A stretch of DNA of 64,000 bases from Candidatus Spongiihabitans sp. (GCA_965261425.1 OZ253452.1:673160-737159); one strand, 5' to 3'. Shown: positions 47,877 to 58,950, counted from the first letter of the stretch. The notes: a model not told the origin generated them from the letters alone. A program made the numbers and translations.

Positions 47877-50518
47877 GTCGTCTAATTCGCACCGAGCTGT
47901 TTGATGGGTCTCGTTTTGTTGGGCTGGGTCTTGAGAGTCTGGATGAAGCGCAGAATAACACGCTTGGGATATTTCAATCGGTGCTGGAAAACGGCAAAAG
48001 TACGCTTGCCGAATACCACCTTGAAGGTGGCAATGCAACGACTTTGGGCAATCAACAAAGTTGGCTGATTGACCAAATCCTTAAACAGTGCTGGGTGCGT
48101 TTCTTTGCCGAACGCGCTCCGTCACTGGTTGCCACTGGCGGGTATGGGCGGCAGGTGTTGAATTTCGAATCGGATATTGACCTGCTTTTGCTATTGCCAG
48201 ATGGAATGAAAAAATCGCAACTGCAAGCGATTGGACCGTTTATTCGCTTTTGCTGGGATATTGGCTTAAAGGTCGGGCATAGTGTCGGCACGGTCTCCGA
48301 ATGTGTTCAATCGGCAGCTCAGGATTTGACCGTCATCAGCAATATGCTTGAAGGTCGTTTGATTGTGGGCGAGGTATCGTTATTTGAAAAACTGCAAACA
48401 AAATTAAGAGCAAAACAGGTCTGGCCCACGGACAAATATTTCAAAGCCAAGTTGCGCGAGCAACAGGCACGGCATCTGCATTTTGGCGATACCGCCTATA
48501 ATCTGGAGCCGAACCTGAAGGAGGGTCCGGGCGGGTTGCGTGATTTGCATATCATTAGCTGGGTTGCCAATCGTTATTTTGGCACCAGTGATTTCGCTGA
48601 ACTAGTGGAGCATGACTTTCTCACCGAGCAGGAACATCGGGCATTGATTAAGGGGCGGGATTTTCTATTGCGGCTCCGAAATGGCTTGCATTTGCTCGCC
48701 GGTCGTTGCGAGGACCGATTGTTATTTGATTACCAACGCGAACTTGCCAAACAGCTTGGCTATAAACAACGCGCCGGTCATCTTGATGTCGAACAGATGA
48801 TGAAGCGGTATTACCGCACCGTGAAAGAAATACAACTGCTCAATGAATTGCTATTACAGCATTTCCAAGAAACTATTCTGCAAACCAGAAAACCACGACC
48901 GCGCAAAATCAACAGCCGATTCAACGCAGTCGGCGACTTTCTCGAAATCGCTCATGCGGGCGTATTTGAACAACACCCGAATGCGATTCTTGAACTATTT
49001 TATTTGATGCAACAACATCCGAAATTAAGCGGCATCCGCGCCAGCACCCTTCGCCAATTACGCAACAACCTGCCACTCATTGACGGTGGCTATCGTAAAA
49101 ACTCGACCCATCAAGCGACTTTTCTGGATATGTTCAAATATCAGGACGGCTTGACCCACGCCTTACGGCGGATGAATGCCTATGGCGTACTCGGTGCCTT
49201 TTTTCCTGAATTCGGCAAAATTGTCGGGCAAATGCAGCATGATTTGTTTCATATCTTTACCGTGGATGCTCATTCATTGTTTGTCGTGGGGAATATCCTC
49301 AGTTTTATGTCGGATACGGGCAAAGAGACGATTCTGACTGCCATATTGAGTCAGTTAAACCGACGGGAACGCTTGTGTTTGGCAGCATTATGCCATGACA
49401 TCGGCAAAGGCAGCGGCAGCGATCACTCCATTGTCGGGGAAAAAATTGCATTGGTATTATGCAAGCGACTTGAGCTGTCTGAGTACGATGGTCAATTTGT
49501 CGCTTGGCTGGTCAGGCACCACCTGACCATGTCATGGACGGCACAACGTGAGGACACCTCCGACCCCAGAGTCATCGACCGATTTGCCGAAATTATCGGC
49601 GATCAGGAGCATCTTGATAACTTATACCTGCTGACCGTTGCCGATATTCGTGGCACCAGCCACAAGGTGTGGAACGAGTGGAAAGGACAGTTACTGTTCA
49701 ATTTATACACCGCAACCTCAAGACGATTACGCTCCGGAATCAGTGGCGCAGAAGCGATTCGCCAGCGTATTGATGATCGCAAACGAGCGATTAGAAAATT
49801 AGTTGGCGAATCCATTCCAGACAGCGTATTGACGCAGGTTTGGGAACAATTAGATCAGGAGTATTTTCTGCGTAATGGTCCAGAATCCTGTGCTTGGCAT
49901 GCACAGCAGATTGAAAACGCCAATTTACTGGCATTGCCTTTGGTGGCAATGCGCGACCGACCAGAAATCAAAGCGCGACAAATTCTGATTGTCGCGCCCG
50001 AATCGGATAAATTATTGCCCCAAAGCACTGGTGCTATCGACAATTTAAGGTTAAGCATTCTCGATGCACGAATCCATAAAACCAAATCAGGGTTAGCGAT
50101 ATTGGTGTTTGTTACCGTCAGTCAAGATGAAATTACCACGACCAAAAAACAGCGCGATTTTCAAACCGAACAAATACGCAAATTTTTATTATCACCACCA
50201 GCACATTATACGCCACCGTCTAAAAACCCGACTCGGGCATTCAAACAATTCAAAGTGTTGACTGCCGTTGCTTTCTCCGACAATCTGGAATTGGGGCATA
50301 CCACGATGGAAATTATTTCTCAGGATCGCCCCGGTCTGTTATACCATGTTGCTATCGCCTTGCTTGAATGCAAGGTGCGCTTAATCTCGGCAAAGGTTTC
50401 CACCGTAGGTGAAAAAGCCGAAGATACCTTTTTTATTACCGACCGAGACGGCAATCCAATCAGTTCACAGGAACAGCGACAGTGTCTGGAAGAAAAATTG
50501 AAGCATTATCTAAACTGA
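47873..50518 (+). CDS. glnD: [protein-PII] uridylyltransferase / uridylyl-removing enzyme
   Basis: 881 aa. Nucleotidyltransferase domain GGYGRQVLNFESDIDLLLL, an HD domain (LCHDIGKG) and two C-terminal ACT-like regions. Overlaps the map stop. Confidence 0.95.
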   Translation: MSRLIRTELFDGSRFVGLGLESLDEAQNNTLGIFQSVLENGKSTLAEYHLEGGNATTLGNQQSWLIDQILKQCWVRFFAERAPSLVATGGYGRQVLNFESDIDLLLLLPDGMKKSQLQAIGPFIRFCWDIGLKVGHSVGTVSECVQSAAQDLTVISNMLEGRLIVGEVSLFEKLQTKLRAKQVWPTDKYFKAKLREQQARHLHFGDTAYNLEPNLKEGPGGLRDLHIISWVANRYFGTSDFAELVEHDFLTEQEHRALIKGRDFLLRLRNGLHLLAGRCEDRLLFDYQRELAKQLGYKQRAGHLDVEQMMKRYYRTVKEIQLLNELLLQHFQETILQTRKPRPRKINSRFNAVGDFLEIAHAGVFEQHPNAILELFYLMQQHPKLSGIRASTLRQLRNNLPLIDGGYRKNSTHQATFLDMFKYQDGLTHALRRMNAYGVLGAFFPEFGKIVGQMQHDLFHIFTVDAHSLFVVGNILSFMSDTGKETILTAILSQLNRRERLCLAALCHDIGKGSGSDHSIVGEKIALVLCKRLELSEYDGQFVAWLVRHHLTMSWTAQREDTSDPRVIDRFAEIIGDQEHLDNLYLLTVADIRGTSHKVWNEWKGQLLFNLYTATSRRLRSGISGAEAIRQRIDDRKRAIRKLVGESIPDSVLTQVWEQLDQEYFLRNGPESCAWHAQQIENANLLALPLVAMRDRPEIKARQILIVAPESDKLLPQSTGAIDNLRLSILDARIHKTKSGLAILVFVTVSQDEITTTKKQRDFQTEQIRKFLLSPPAHYTPPSKNPTRAFKQFKVLTAVAFSDNLELGHTTMEIISQDRPGLLYHVAIALLECKVRLISAKVSTVGEKAEDTFFITDRDGNPISSQEQRQCLEEKLKHYLN

Positions 50519-50543
50519 TGCACAGCCTTATTCAGAAGCCGTC

Positions 50544-51512
50544 TTGATGACCAGCAGAGCGCGTTTAAGAGAGGCGTTTTTGAGCAAACACCAGTGGCGT
50601 GGCGCACACTCATTGCCACTGCCAGCAGATGCCTCGTTTCGGCAGTATTTCCGCTTGCTCAGAGTGGACAAGACGGGAGACAATACCGCAATACTGATGG
50701 ATGCCCCGCCCGAGCATGGCAATATTCAGCCCTTTTTGACAATCACCAACCACCTGCAACGACTCGGACTGCGCGTTCCACAGATATTTTTCCATGATGC
50801 CGACAATGGCTTTATTCTGCTGGAATATTTGGGTAGCGACACGTTTACCGCGTTGTTAAATACGGGTATGAAAGCGTTGCCCCTGTACGAAAAGGCAATC
50901 CATGTTTTAACCCGCTTGCAGGGCAGTCAACATGCCACAAACATAAACACGGCGACTTACGATTTTGAGCGATTGATTGATGAAGCCTGCTTGTTGACCA
51001 AATGGTATCTGCCGACAGTAACCGGCGAGCCGATTAAGCGGCAACAAGAAGCGGATTACATTGCCGCTTGGAGAACGATTTATGACAATTTGCCGAAAAT
51101 CAATCCCACATTGGTATTGCGTGATTACCATCTGGATAACCTGATGTTGGTCGATGGGCAGTGTGCATTACTCGATTATCAGGACGCGCTCATCGGCTCA
51201 CCGGCGTATGATGTTGTGTCCCTGCTCGAAGATGCGCGTAGAGATATTGACCATGACCTGAGTAGGAAAATGTTAGCGCTCTATTTACAGCAATGCCCGC
51301 AAATAAACCATCAGGCATTTGCCCATCACTATATCGTGTGGGGAGCCCAACGTCACTGTAAGGTCGCCGGGATATTTATCCGCCTGTGGTTGCGAGACAA
51401 CAAGCCAAGTTATCGGCAACACCTGCCGCGGGTGCTTGGATTATTGCAAAAACATCTGCATCATCCGCACTTAGCCCCCCTGAATGAATGGTTCAAGCAA
51501 ACGCTCGAATAA
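50544..51512 (+). CDS. aminoglycoside-phosphotransferase-fold kinase, AmgK-like (anomeric MurNAc/GlcNAc kinase family)
   Basis: RDYHLDNLML (catalytic loop) and LLDYQDALIGSPAYDVVSLLEDARRDI resemble the COG3178/AmgK family. Confidence 0.6.
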   Translation: MMTSRARLREAFLSKHQWRGAHSLPLPADASFRQYFRLLRVDKTGDNTAILMDAPPEHGNIQPFLTITNHLQRLGLRVPQIFFHDADNGFILLEYLGSDTFTALLNTGMKALPLYEKAIHVLTRLQGSQHATNINTATYDFERLIDEACLLTKWYLPTVTGEPIKRQQEADYIAAWRTIYDNLPKINPTLVLRDYHLDNLMLVDGQCALLDYQDALIGSPAYDVVSLLEDARRDIDHDLSRKMLALYLQQCPQINHQAFAHHYIVWGAQRHCKVAGIFIRLWLRDNKPSYRQHLPRVLGLLQKHLHHPHLAPLNEWFKQTLE

Positions 51513-51845
51513 ATGCGTAAAGCGTGCCTTCGAATCATCCATAAGCACTTTCAGGCTTTTGATTCCATGCCGTTTACAATGAATACGCGGAACCTGAGCG
51601 TCCCGATTTTTCTACCCATTGTAACAAGGCTTGGATTAATCCCCTTTGGTTTGGTGTATTGTTTATGATTACCGCACAAATGGCGATATTACACCGCCCT
51701 TTGGATAACGCTGTTCTACCTCAAAGGAGTATCAACCAAAGTAAATACCCGCACCTGATTACAGTTGATAAGTAGCAATGTTAATCACAAAAATATAAGG
51801 ACTCCGCCTTCGCCAATCCGGTGTCATAACGGCAACCCTTCTCCC

Positions 51846-53129
51846 TTAACGCACCACCGGCATGACCTCTTCGGTCGTGGTGGCATCTGATTCGTTGCCA
51901 TATTCCAGTAGCGTAATCTGCTGGGTGGTTGACTGATTGGTATCGATCATCGCCTGCACGCCTTTTTTAAGGTAGAACAATGCTTCATCCGTGTCGCCCA
52001 TATCCTCCAGCAAAGCACCCAAATCCATAAAGGCTTCATCACGCCCGCCGGCGGAAATGACGCGCTTAAAATGTTGCTTTGCTTTGTCATATTCTTGATT
52101 GCGCTGATATAGTCGCGCCAGAGTGAGCAATAAATCAGGATGATCTCGGTATTGCTTTTGCTTCTTGGCAATGGATTCCACCAATTGAATCTGATATTCG
52201 AGCAACGTACTCTCCACCATGCCGTATAGATAAATCAATTCGGCATCGAGCTTACGATTAAGTGCGCTACGCAGATGTTTTTCGGCAACTTGAAATTCTC
52301 TGGCTTCAATCAGGGAGCGCGCATAGCTGGCAGCCATTTTCGGGTCTTTCCTTCTTGCCGCAGGCAATGATTTCCAAGTTGTTGCTGGACGGTTGCCATC
52401 GGGCAATAACGCTGGGGAAGCAATCAAATGATCATACGCAAGTTGCTCCCTTTGATTCATTTCTTGTGCTGGGAAAGCGTTCAGTTTTTTCAACACGGGC
52501 ACCAAATCAACCAGCGAAGACCACGCGCCCACTCGTGCATAGGTATCCGCCAATAGCCTGACCACAGGAACATTTTTCGGGGCACTTGTACGCAAAATTT
52601 CGAGGCAGTGTCGTGATTCGGAAAATTCTCCCGCTTGATATAGCAAGCGTGCACGAGTAAGGTTTATAGCGAGTTGATGGGTCGGATGTCGCGCCAGCGC
52701 CTCATCAAAATACCGATTGCGTTGCAGCATATTCCCCTGTTGTTGAGCCGCATAGGCAGCCCCAAGATAATTCATCAACGGAGTTTTGTTGTATTCCAGT
52801 TTCTTTAACAAGACGCGCTCGGCTTTATACCAATCGCCCGCAATCAATCCGGCATAACCGGTCATGGTATATTTATGGGCATTATTTTCATTGCGTTGAT
52901 TGCGCCATTGTGCATATCGTTTTGGCAATCGAAATGCGCCGCCAATAGCGTTAAAGAGCAAATAAAGCAACACAAATCCGATAAAAAGCAACAACCCAAA
53001 CAGCAACAACGGCAGACGCACAACATAGGGGTCTTTGGCAAGCACCACATAGCCGGGATCATTCGCCGACATCAATGCCACGCCAACCGCTAAGCCGAGC
53101 GCGATAAGAATCGTGATAACTAACTTCAT
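51846..53129 (-). CDS. hemY: HemY-type TPR membrane protein (heme biosynthesis-associated)
   Basis: Two N-terminal TM helices followed by TPR repeats; last gene of the hemC-hemD-hemX-hemY block. Confidence 0.8.
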   Translation of the reverse strand: MKLVITILIALGLAVGVALMSANDPGYVVLAKDPYVVRLPLLLFGLLLFIGFVLLYLLFNAIGGAFRLPKRYAQWRNQRNENNAHKYTMTGYAGLIAGDWYKAERVLLKKLEYNKTPLMNYLGAAYAAQQQGNMLQRNRYFDEALARHPTHQLAINLTRARLLYQAGEFSESRHCLEILRTSAPKNVPVVRLLADTYARVGAWSSLVDLVPVLKKLNAFPAQEMNQREQLAYDHLIASPALLPDGNRPATTWKSLPAARRKDPKMAASYARSLIEAREFQVAEKHLRSALNRKLDAELIYLYGMVESTLLEYQIQLVESIAKKQKQYRDHPDLLLTLARLYQRNQEYDKAKQHFKRVISAGGRDEAFMDLGALLEDMGDTDEALFYLKKGVQAMIDTNQSTTQQITLLEYGNESDATTTEEVMPVVR

Positions 53130-53157
53130 CCTTATTCGGCCTGCTTATTCGACTTGC

Positions 53158-54603
53158 TTATTCGGCTTGATTCGGCTCAACGCCGACCTGTGAATTTCTG
53201 CTTTTAATGAGTACACGAAGCGCGTTTAATGATTCCGAAATATCTGGTATTTCGGCTTGCGGCGAGAGCAATCCGACCGCGTCAAGTCGTGCTAACCAAC
53301 GCACTGTTTGGTCCGCATCTTGGGTAAAATTTTCCGCAACCCAACTGCGGGTGGCGTGGATGCGATTTTGATACAGCTCGGGCTGTTGTCGAATGAAGGC
53401 AATTTGCGCTGAACTCAACAGCAATTGCGTTCTTTGATAGGTCATCTGTCTGACTGCCGCCGAGATAACCGGATTAACCGATTTGTCATTTTTTTCAACT
53501 TGAATCAGGTCACCCAAACCGGACAGAAACGATGCTACGGCATCGCTAATCGGCTGCACATAGCGATCCATAGACGACTCTTCAGAGGGTTCAGACGGTG
53601 TCGGTGCCGCTTGCTCTGAATCTGCCACAACACGATCAGGTTCCGCGATATCCCCAGCAAGCACGAGGTTTTCTGCCGTGCTTGATAACACCGATAATTT
53701 ATTTAACACACCGATAGTATCGATAACCTTGACCTCATCCAACGCGGTTATTTCTCTCGCTAATAACTGCCGAACCTGATTGAGTGCGGGATCCGCCAAC
53801 TTTTGCAACAGCGCGTCTGCATCTTGTAAAGCGCGACTGGCAAGGGAGCTCACGCCGGCAAATTGTCCGCCCAATTGCGCTTGTTGTTGTGCCATAAAAA
53901 TCAACTGCTCGACCTGTTCAAGCGTTCGGCCACCCAAATCACGTCCCTGCTCAGTGCGTAGTTTCACAATGGCATCGGATAACGTGTTCAACTGCTGGAG
54001 AAAGTCATCTGCCTGCGTATTTGCCGCCTGTTGCGAGTCGGATTGTCGCGCAACCATGTCATTTTGAATGGTTTTAAGCTGCTTGCTGAACCCCTCCTCC
54101 AACTGAGCAAACTGGTCTTTCAATCGACTTACTGTATTGTCATTATCCGACTGCATGGCATCGAAGCCATCAATACGCTGCTCTAACGCATTAAATCGGG
54201 ATTCCTGCTGCCCAACATTGCCAACCACCGCCAAATACCAGACCACTCCGCCAACCCCTAACGCCAAACCACTGAGCAACAATGCAATCCACGAAACAAC
54301 ATTGCGCCCGCCTGATCCATCCATTGTCGATCCCGAATCGGTTTGACCTGTCATTGGGCTCGACTGACCAGATTCGACCGAAGTACTGGCATGTGATGAT
54401 TGCGGGGATGATTCCTGAGACGACATTGAATGGTCAGGCATCGCATCAGACGTGTCGGAAACTTGTTTATTGTTGCGGGTTACTTTTGTTGCGCCGACTT
54501 TCGTGCTGACTCGCTTTTTTGCGCCTTTCTTTTTTACGCCTTTCTTTTTTGTAACGGTCTTTTTTGTAACGGTCTTTTTTGTAACGGTCTTTTTTTCTGC
54601 CAC
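53158..54603 (-). CDS. hemX: HemX-type membrane protein (annotated elsewhere as uroporphyrinogen-III C-methyltransferase-like)
   Basis: Position between hemD and hemY; one TM segment (VVSWIALLLSGLALGVGGVVWYLAVV); a coiled-coil Q-rich region; a Lys-rich repeat N-terminus. Confidence 0.7.
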   Translation of the reverse strand: MAEKKTVTKKTVTKKTVTKKKGVKKKGAKKRVSTKVGATKVTRNNKQVSDTSDAMPDHSMSSQESSPQSSHASTSVESGQSSPMTGQTDSGSTMDGSGGRNVVSWIALLLSGLALGVGGVVWYLAVVGNVGQQESRFNALEQRIDGFDAMQSDNDNTVSRLKDQFAQLEEGFSKQLKTIQNDMVARQSDSQQAANTQADDFLQQLNTLSDAIVKLRTEQGRDLGGRTLEQVEQLIFMAQQQAQLGGQFAGVSSLASRALQDADALLQKLADPALNQVRQLLAREITALDEVKVIDTIGVLNKLSVLSSTAENLVLAGDIAEPDRVVADSEQAAPTPSEPSEESSMDRYVQPISDAVASFLSGLGDLIQVEKNDKSVNPVISAAVRQMTYQRTQLLLSSAQIAFIRQQPELYQNRIHATRSWVAENFTQDADQTVRWLARLDAVGLLSPQAEIPDISESLNALRVLIKSRNSQVGVEPNQAE

Positions 54604-54675
54604 GTTTCTCCTCTCCGATGATTGATAGCCACATCCTACCCTAACCCGGGCTCATTGTCATAAATACTTTGTCCA

Positions 54676-55452
54676 TCAGTGATGACTCGGATAGACCAAT
54701 TTCTCCAACACGTTTTGATCGGAGGGACTGTCTGCGACTATGACATGGTTGATACCGACCTGTTTGCAGTGGCGTGCAATTCTTTGGCTAATGGTGATGA
54801 CGGTGGTTTTCTTTAGGAGTTTGAGGTTGGACTTGCCGAGCAACTCAATCAGGCTCTCTAGTATTGAAACACTGGTTATAAGAACCGTATTGATGTTGCC
54901 GCATACCCATTTTTCTATAATCGGCTGCATGGATTGGGCGGTGGTGCGTGTTCGATAACAGGCGACATGTTTGACCGTTGCGCCTAATTTTTGTAATTCT
55001 GTTTTTAACAACTCACGACCTGATTGACCGCGAAAAATGATGATTTGTTTGTCCATGACACTGAATTCATCGATACATTCTAGCAATCCTTCACTATTGA
55101 TGCGTTGGGTGGGGACAAAATCTACTCTGATTCCCAAGCCATGACAACAAGCGGCAGTTTTTGCGCCGACTGCGGCAACCTTTGTTTTTTCGGGCATCGC
55201 TATTGCCAATGTGCGTTGCCGTTCGACTACGCTATTTACTGCCGACACACTAACGAATATTATCAAATCTACTTCGCTCAATCGGGTCAGTGTTGCGTCC
55301 AATGACGCAAAACTATCTGGTGGTGTGATTTCGATGACTGGAAAACGGATTGCCGTGCCGCCATGAACTTCAATTAGGCTTGCGATATTCTCGCCCTGCG
55401 GATGTGGTCGTGGTAGCAGAATTTTTAAGCCGTGTAGTGCGTTCTGATTCAC
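54676..55452 (-). CDS. hemD: uroporphyrinogen-III synthase
   Basis: 258 aa with the two-lobe HEM4 pattern; immediately downstream of hemC. Confidence 0.85.
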   Translation of the reverse strand: MNQNALHGLKILLPRPHPQGENIASLIEVHGGTAIRFPVIEITPPDSFASLDATLTRLSEVDLIIFVSVSAVNSVVERQRTLAIAMPEKTKVAAVGAKTAACCHGLGIRVDFVPTQRINSEGLLECIDEFSVMDKQIIIFRGQSGRELLKTELQKLGATVKHVACYRTRTTAQSMQPIIEKWVCGNINTVLITSVSILESLIELLGKSNLKLLKKTTVITISQRIARHCKQVGINHVIVADSPSDQNVLEKLVYPSHH

Positions 55453-55461
55453 GGTGGTCGA

Positions 55462-56418
55462 TTAGTGCTGATAGATGGCTGCCAGAATATCGTTCGCGCC
55501 TTGAGCAATTAAATCATCGGCGATGGCAATGCCCAAGGACTCAGGGTCGGATGCCGAGCTTGTTATTTCACTACGCAGAATCCGCGAGCCATCCACTGTG
55601 CCGACTAATGCGCGTAACGTCAATTGACGAGAGGATTGTTGGTGAGAATCGCTCTGTTGCAACCGTTCTGCAAAGACCGCAATCGGAGCATGGCAACCAC
55701 CACCGAGTCGTTGGTTGGCAGCGCGTTCGGCTTGTACTTGTATAGCCGTATCGCTATCGTTCAAGGGTGCAATCAATTGATTGACGTTGCAGTCATCAAT
55801 CCGACATTCAATGCCGATGACCCCTTGCCCCGCTGCCGGCAAACAAATCGAAGGCGATATGGCATGGGTAATTCGGTTTTCAAGCTGCAAGCGTTTTAAG
55901 CCTGCGACCGCGAGTATGATTGCCGCATACTGCCCATCATCCAGCCGCGACAGACGGGTGTTCACATTGCCACGCAAGTTTTCCAGTCGCAAATGCGGAT
56001 AGCGATTGCGGATTTGGCATTGTCGCCGTAAACTGCAAGTGCCCACCACCGCACCCGCTGGTAATGTCGCCAAAGATTCAAAATTATTTGAAACAAACGC
56101 ATCGCGGGGATCTTCCCGCCTGCCCAACACCGGGATATGCAGTCCATCGGGCAGGGTTACGGTCACATCTTTCATTGAATGCACTGCCAGATCAACCTGC
56201 CCATCCAGCAATGCCGATTCCAACTCTTTCAAAAACAGTCCTTTGCCACCGACCTGAGACAAAGGAACATCCAGCGTTTTATCTCCAGCGGTGACAATTT
56301 CTACCAGTTCAATGTCAATATCCCGATGCGCCACCAGCAAGGCATCGCGCACATGGTTTGCCTGCCATAATGCCAACGGACTTTTTCGGCTGCCAATACG
56401 CACTGTTTTCATGGTCAA
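55462..56418 (-). CDS. hemC: hydroxymethylbilane synthase (porphobilinogen deaminase)
   Basis: RIGSRKSPLALWQANHV, GGKGLFLKELE and GNVNTRL motifs, plus the cofactor Cys context GGCHAPIA. Confidence 0.96.
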   Translation of the reverse strand: MTMKTVRIGSRKSPLALWQANHVRDALLVAHRDIDIELVEIVTAGDKTLDVPLSQVGGKGLFLKELESALLDGQVDLAVHSMKDVTVTLPDGLHIPVLGRREDPRDAFVSNNFESLATLPAGAVVGTCSLRRQCQIRNRYPHLRLENLRGNVNTRLSRLDDGQYAAIILAVAGLKRLQLENRITHAISPSICLPAAGQGVIGIECRIDDCNVNQLIAPLNDSDTAIQVQAERAANQRLGGGCHAPIAVFAERLQQSDSHQQSSRQLTLRALVGTVDGSRILRSEITSSASDPESLGIAIADDLIAQGANDILAAIYQH

Positions 56419-56452
56419 CTATTTTCCCTCGATCTTTGCCCGCAAGAAACCG

Positions 56453-57070
56453 TTATCCTCCTTTTGAAATTTTCAAACGCAAGGATTTGATGCCCTGTTG
56501 CCCGATTTTCTGGTCTGCGCTCACCATTTCGTCATAACTGGTGTATGGACCCAATCTGACCCGATAGAAATCGCCCCGATCCTGAATGCTGATTTTTTGA
56601 ATTGCCGCGACCAACCCCTGAAATGCCAGTTTTGCTTTCAGGCGGTCGGCATCGGCTCTGTTTTTATAGGAGCCCGCCTGCAACATGTAGGTACTGCTGC
56701 TATTGCTATCGGTAGTCTTGTCGACAGTTTTTGATTGTGGTGTGGGCGGAGAATCTGGCGCAGGGGTCGGCACCACCACTTCGATTGCGGGTAGCACGGT
56801 ATAAAAAGAAAACGGGGTTTTCTGTTCAGCAGGTTTGTTTTCCTCGCGCACCTGAGTCGTGCTTTGCTGACCCTGTTGTTCAGATTGTGTCATCATCTGG
56901 CGAATTCCCGCTCCAATGCCATCGTCTGTGGCTTGCATTCCTTGCCAGAGCAAGGTCGCAAGCGATCCGATTACCATCCCTGCCAACAACACCCCCAAGC
57001 CCTGAAAAGACGGACGGTGATTAGTCACTGATTTTGGTTTGGATTTTCGCTTCGCCTGTGCCATAGTCAT
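56453..57070 (-). CDS. SPOR-domain (peptidoglycan-binding, division-site) protein
   Basis: N-terminal TM anchor, a Pro/Thr/Gln-rich linker, and a C-terminal SPOR fold (YMLQAGSYKNRADADRLKAKLAFQGL…FYRVRLGPYTSYDE). Confidence 0.85.
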   Translation of the reverse strand: MTMAQAKRKSKPKSVTNHRPSFQGLGVLLAGMVIGSLATLLWQGMQATDDGIGAGIRQMMTQSEQQGQQSTTQVREENKPAEQKTPFSFYTVLPAIEVVVPTPAPDSPPTPQSKTVDKTTDSNSSSTYMLQAGSYKNRADADRLKAKLAFQGLVAAIQKISIQDRGDFYRVRLGPYTSYDEMVSADQKIGQQGIKSLRLKISKGG

Positions 57071-57110
57071 CTATGTCGATTATGAATGAATACTTCGATA
57101 CCGCATTCCG

Positions 57111-58850
57111 TTACATCCTTTCAGGTGCGCTGACACCCAGCATTGCTAGCCCATTGGCAATGACAATACGGGTCGCGTCAATCAGTCCAAGACGGGCAAG
57201 GCGAACCTCATCTTCGCTGGATAGAAAAGGGTGTGCATTGTAGTAAGCATGGAATGAATTTGCTAACTCGCGCAAATAATACGCCACCCGATGCGGTTCA
57301 AAATGACGCGCTGCCGCTGCCACCACTTCGGGAAACTGTGCCAACGACTTTAATAATTCCAGCTCCTGAGGCTCTTTTAATAATTCATTTTTCGGCGTGA
57401 CAGTCCGCAGCGTTTGCATGCCCCTCTCTTCAATCTGGCGGAATACACTGCAAATTCGGGCGTGGGCGTACTGAATATAGTACACCGGATTATCTGAAGA
57501 TTGGGATTTTGCCAGCTCCAAATCAAAATCCAGATGCTGGTCGGGCTTTCTGAGCACATAAAAATATCGCGCCGCATCATTGCCAATTTCGGTGCGTAAA
57601 TCCCGTAACGTAACAAATTCGCCACTGCGCGTTGACATGGATATTTTTTCTGCGCCACGATACAAAATCGCAAACTGGACAATCAGAAATTGCAGTCTTT
57701 GCGGCGCGTTTCCAAGCGCCTCAAAAGACGCGCAAAGGCGTTTTATGTAGCCATGATGGTCTGCCCCAAAGATATTGATAATTTTGTCAAAGCCCCGCTG
57801 CGCCTTATTATGATGATAGGCGATATCTGAAGCAAAATAAGTGTATGCGCCATTGGCACGAACCACGACACGGTCTTTATCATCACCAAAATCGGTTGCC
57901 TTGAACCACTTTGCACCGGCGTGCTCAAAAATATGACCATTTTCAGCTAAGCGTTCAATCGCCTGTGCAATGTCTCCATTTGTCAACAGGCTACGCTCGG
58001 AGAACCATTCCTGAAACACCACCCCAAATTCTGTCAAATCCTGACGAATATCCTCCACCATTGCATCGCAACCCAAATCAAACAACACCCTGAAATTCGC
58101 CTCCCCCAAAGACTGCTTACAACGACAAATCAACACATCAATGGCAGCTTCTTGGTCTACTGGCAACTGCTCAAATAATGCGCCCTCATCGGCACAATAG
58201 CCACCACCCTCCCTTTGTTTGAGTTGTTTTGCCAACCCACGCACATAGTCCCCCTGATAGGCATTCTGTGGAAATTGAATTTTTTTGTCGCATAATTCCA
58301 AATAGCGTAACCATACGCTGATTGCCAAAATCTCCATCTGCCGACCGCCATCATTCACATAATATTCGCTATGCGTCTCATAACCGATTGCCTGCAATAC
58401 CCGCGCAAGAGCATCGCCATAAGCCGCCCCACGACCATGACCAACATGCAATGGCCCGGTCGGATTGGTGGAGACAAACTCCAACATGATACGCTGCCCA
58501 TTCCCGATTTCACTGTTGCCAAAATGGACCCCTTGCTGCCGAATTTCATCAATAAGCGACCAGTACGCCGTTTTTTTAAGATAAAAATTGATGAATCCCG
58601 GGCCGGCAATATCCGCTTTGTCAAGCGTGTCCGACTGTGGCAAATTGGTCCGTATTTTCTCTGCCAGTTCGCGCGGATTAGTGTGCATCTGTTGTGCCAA
58701 CCGCATTGCCAGATTGCTGGAAAAGTCGCCATGAGCAGGGTCTTTGGTGCGCTCAACCCCAATCAACTGCACTGCGGATTCATCCACCACCCCTTGCGCG
58801 TGTAATGCTTCCACTGCCTGAGTGAGCAGGTCAATAACGGTGTCTTTCAT
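57111..58850 (-). CDS. argS: arginine--tRNA ligase
   Basis: 579 aa. HIGH-type motif (PTGPLHVGHGRGAAYGD) and the MSTRSG (KMSKS-like) motif. Confidence 0.96.
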   Translation of the reverse strand: MKDTVIDLLTQAVEALHAQGVVDESAVQLIGVERTKDPAHGDFSSNLAMRLAQQMHTNPRELAEKIRTNLPQSDTLDKADIAGPGFINFYLKKTAYWSLIDEIRQQGVHFGNSEIGNGQRIMLEFVSTNPTGPLHVGHGRGAAYGDALARVLQAIGYETHSEYYVNDGGRQMEILAISVWLRYLELCDKKIQFPQNAYQGDYVRGLAKQLKQREGGGYCADEGALFEQLPVDQEAAIDVLICRCKQSLGEANFRVLFDLGCDAMVEDIRQDLTEFGVVFQEWFSERSLLTNGDIAQAIERLAENGHIFEHAGAKWFKATDFGDDKDRVVVRANGAYTYFASDIAYHHNKAQRGFDKIINIFGADHHGYIKRLCASFEALGNAPQRLQFLIVQFAILYRGAEKISMSTRSGEFVTLRDLRTEIGNDAARYFYVLRKPDQHLDFDLELAKSQSSDNPVYYIQYAHARICSVFRQIEERGMQTLRTVTPKNELLKEPQELELLKSLAQFPEVVAAAARHFEPHRVAYYLRELANSFHAYYNAHPFLSSEDEVRLARLGLIDATRIVIANGLAMLGVSAPERM

Positions 58851-58950
58851 GTTTGAATAGGCTTGAATGGGTCTCCGAAAGTAGGGCGCGATTGTACCTG
58901 TTGAGCGTGCGAAGTTGAACTAAAACCGCTTAATTGTCGGATAAACAAAC

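Noticed and set aside
51513-51845. murU remnant or a structured RNA in the 330-nt gap after the AmgK-like kinase gene
   Set aside because: No frame gives a nucleotidyltransferase-like reading, and I recognise no RNA family signature. It is left unannotated.
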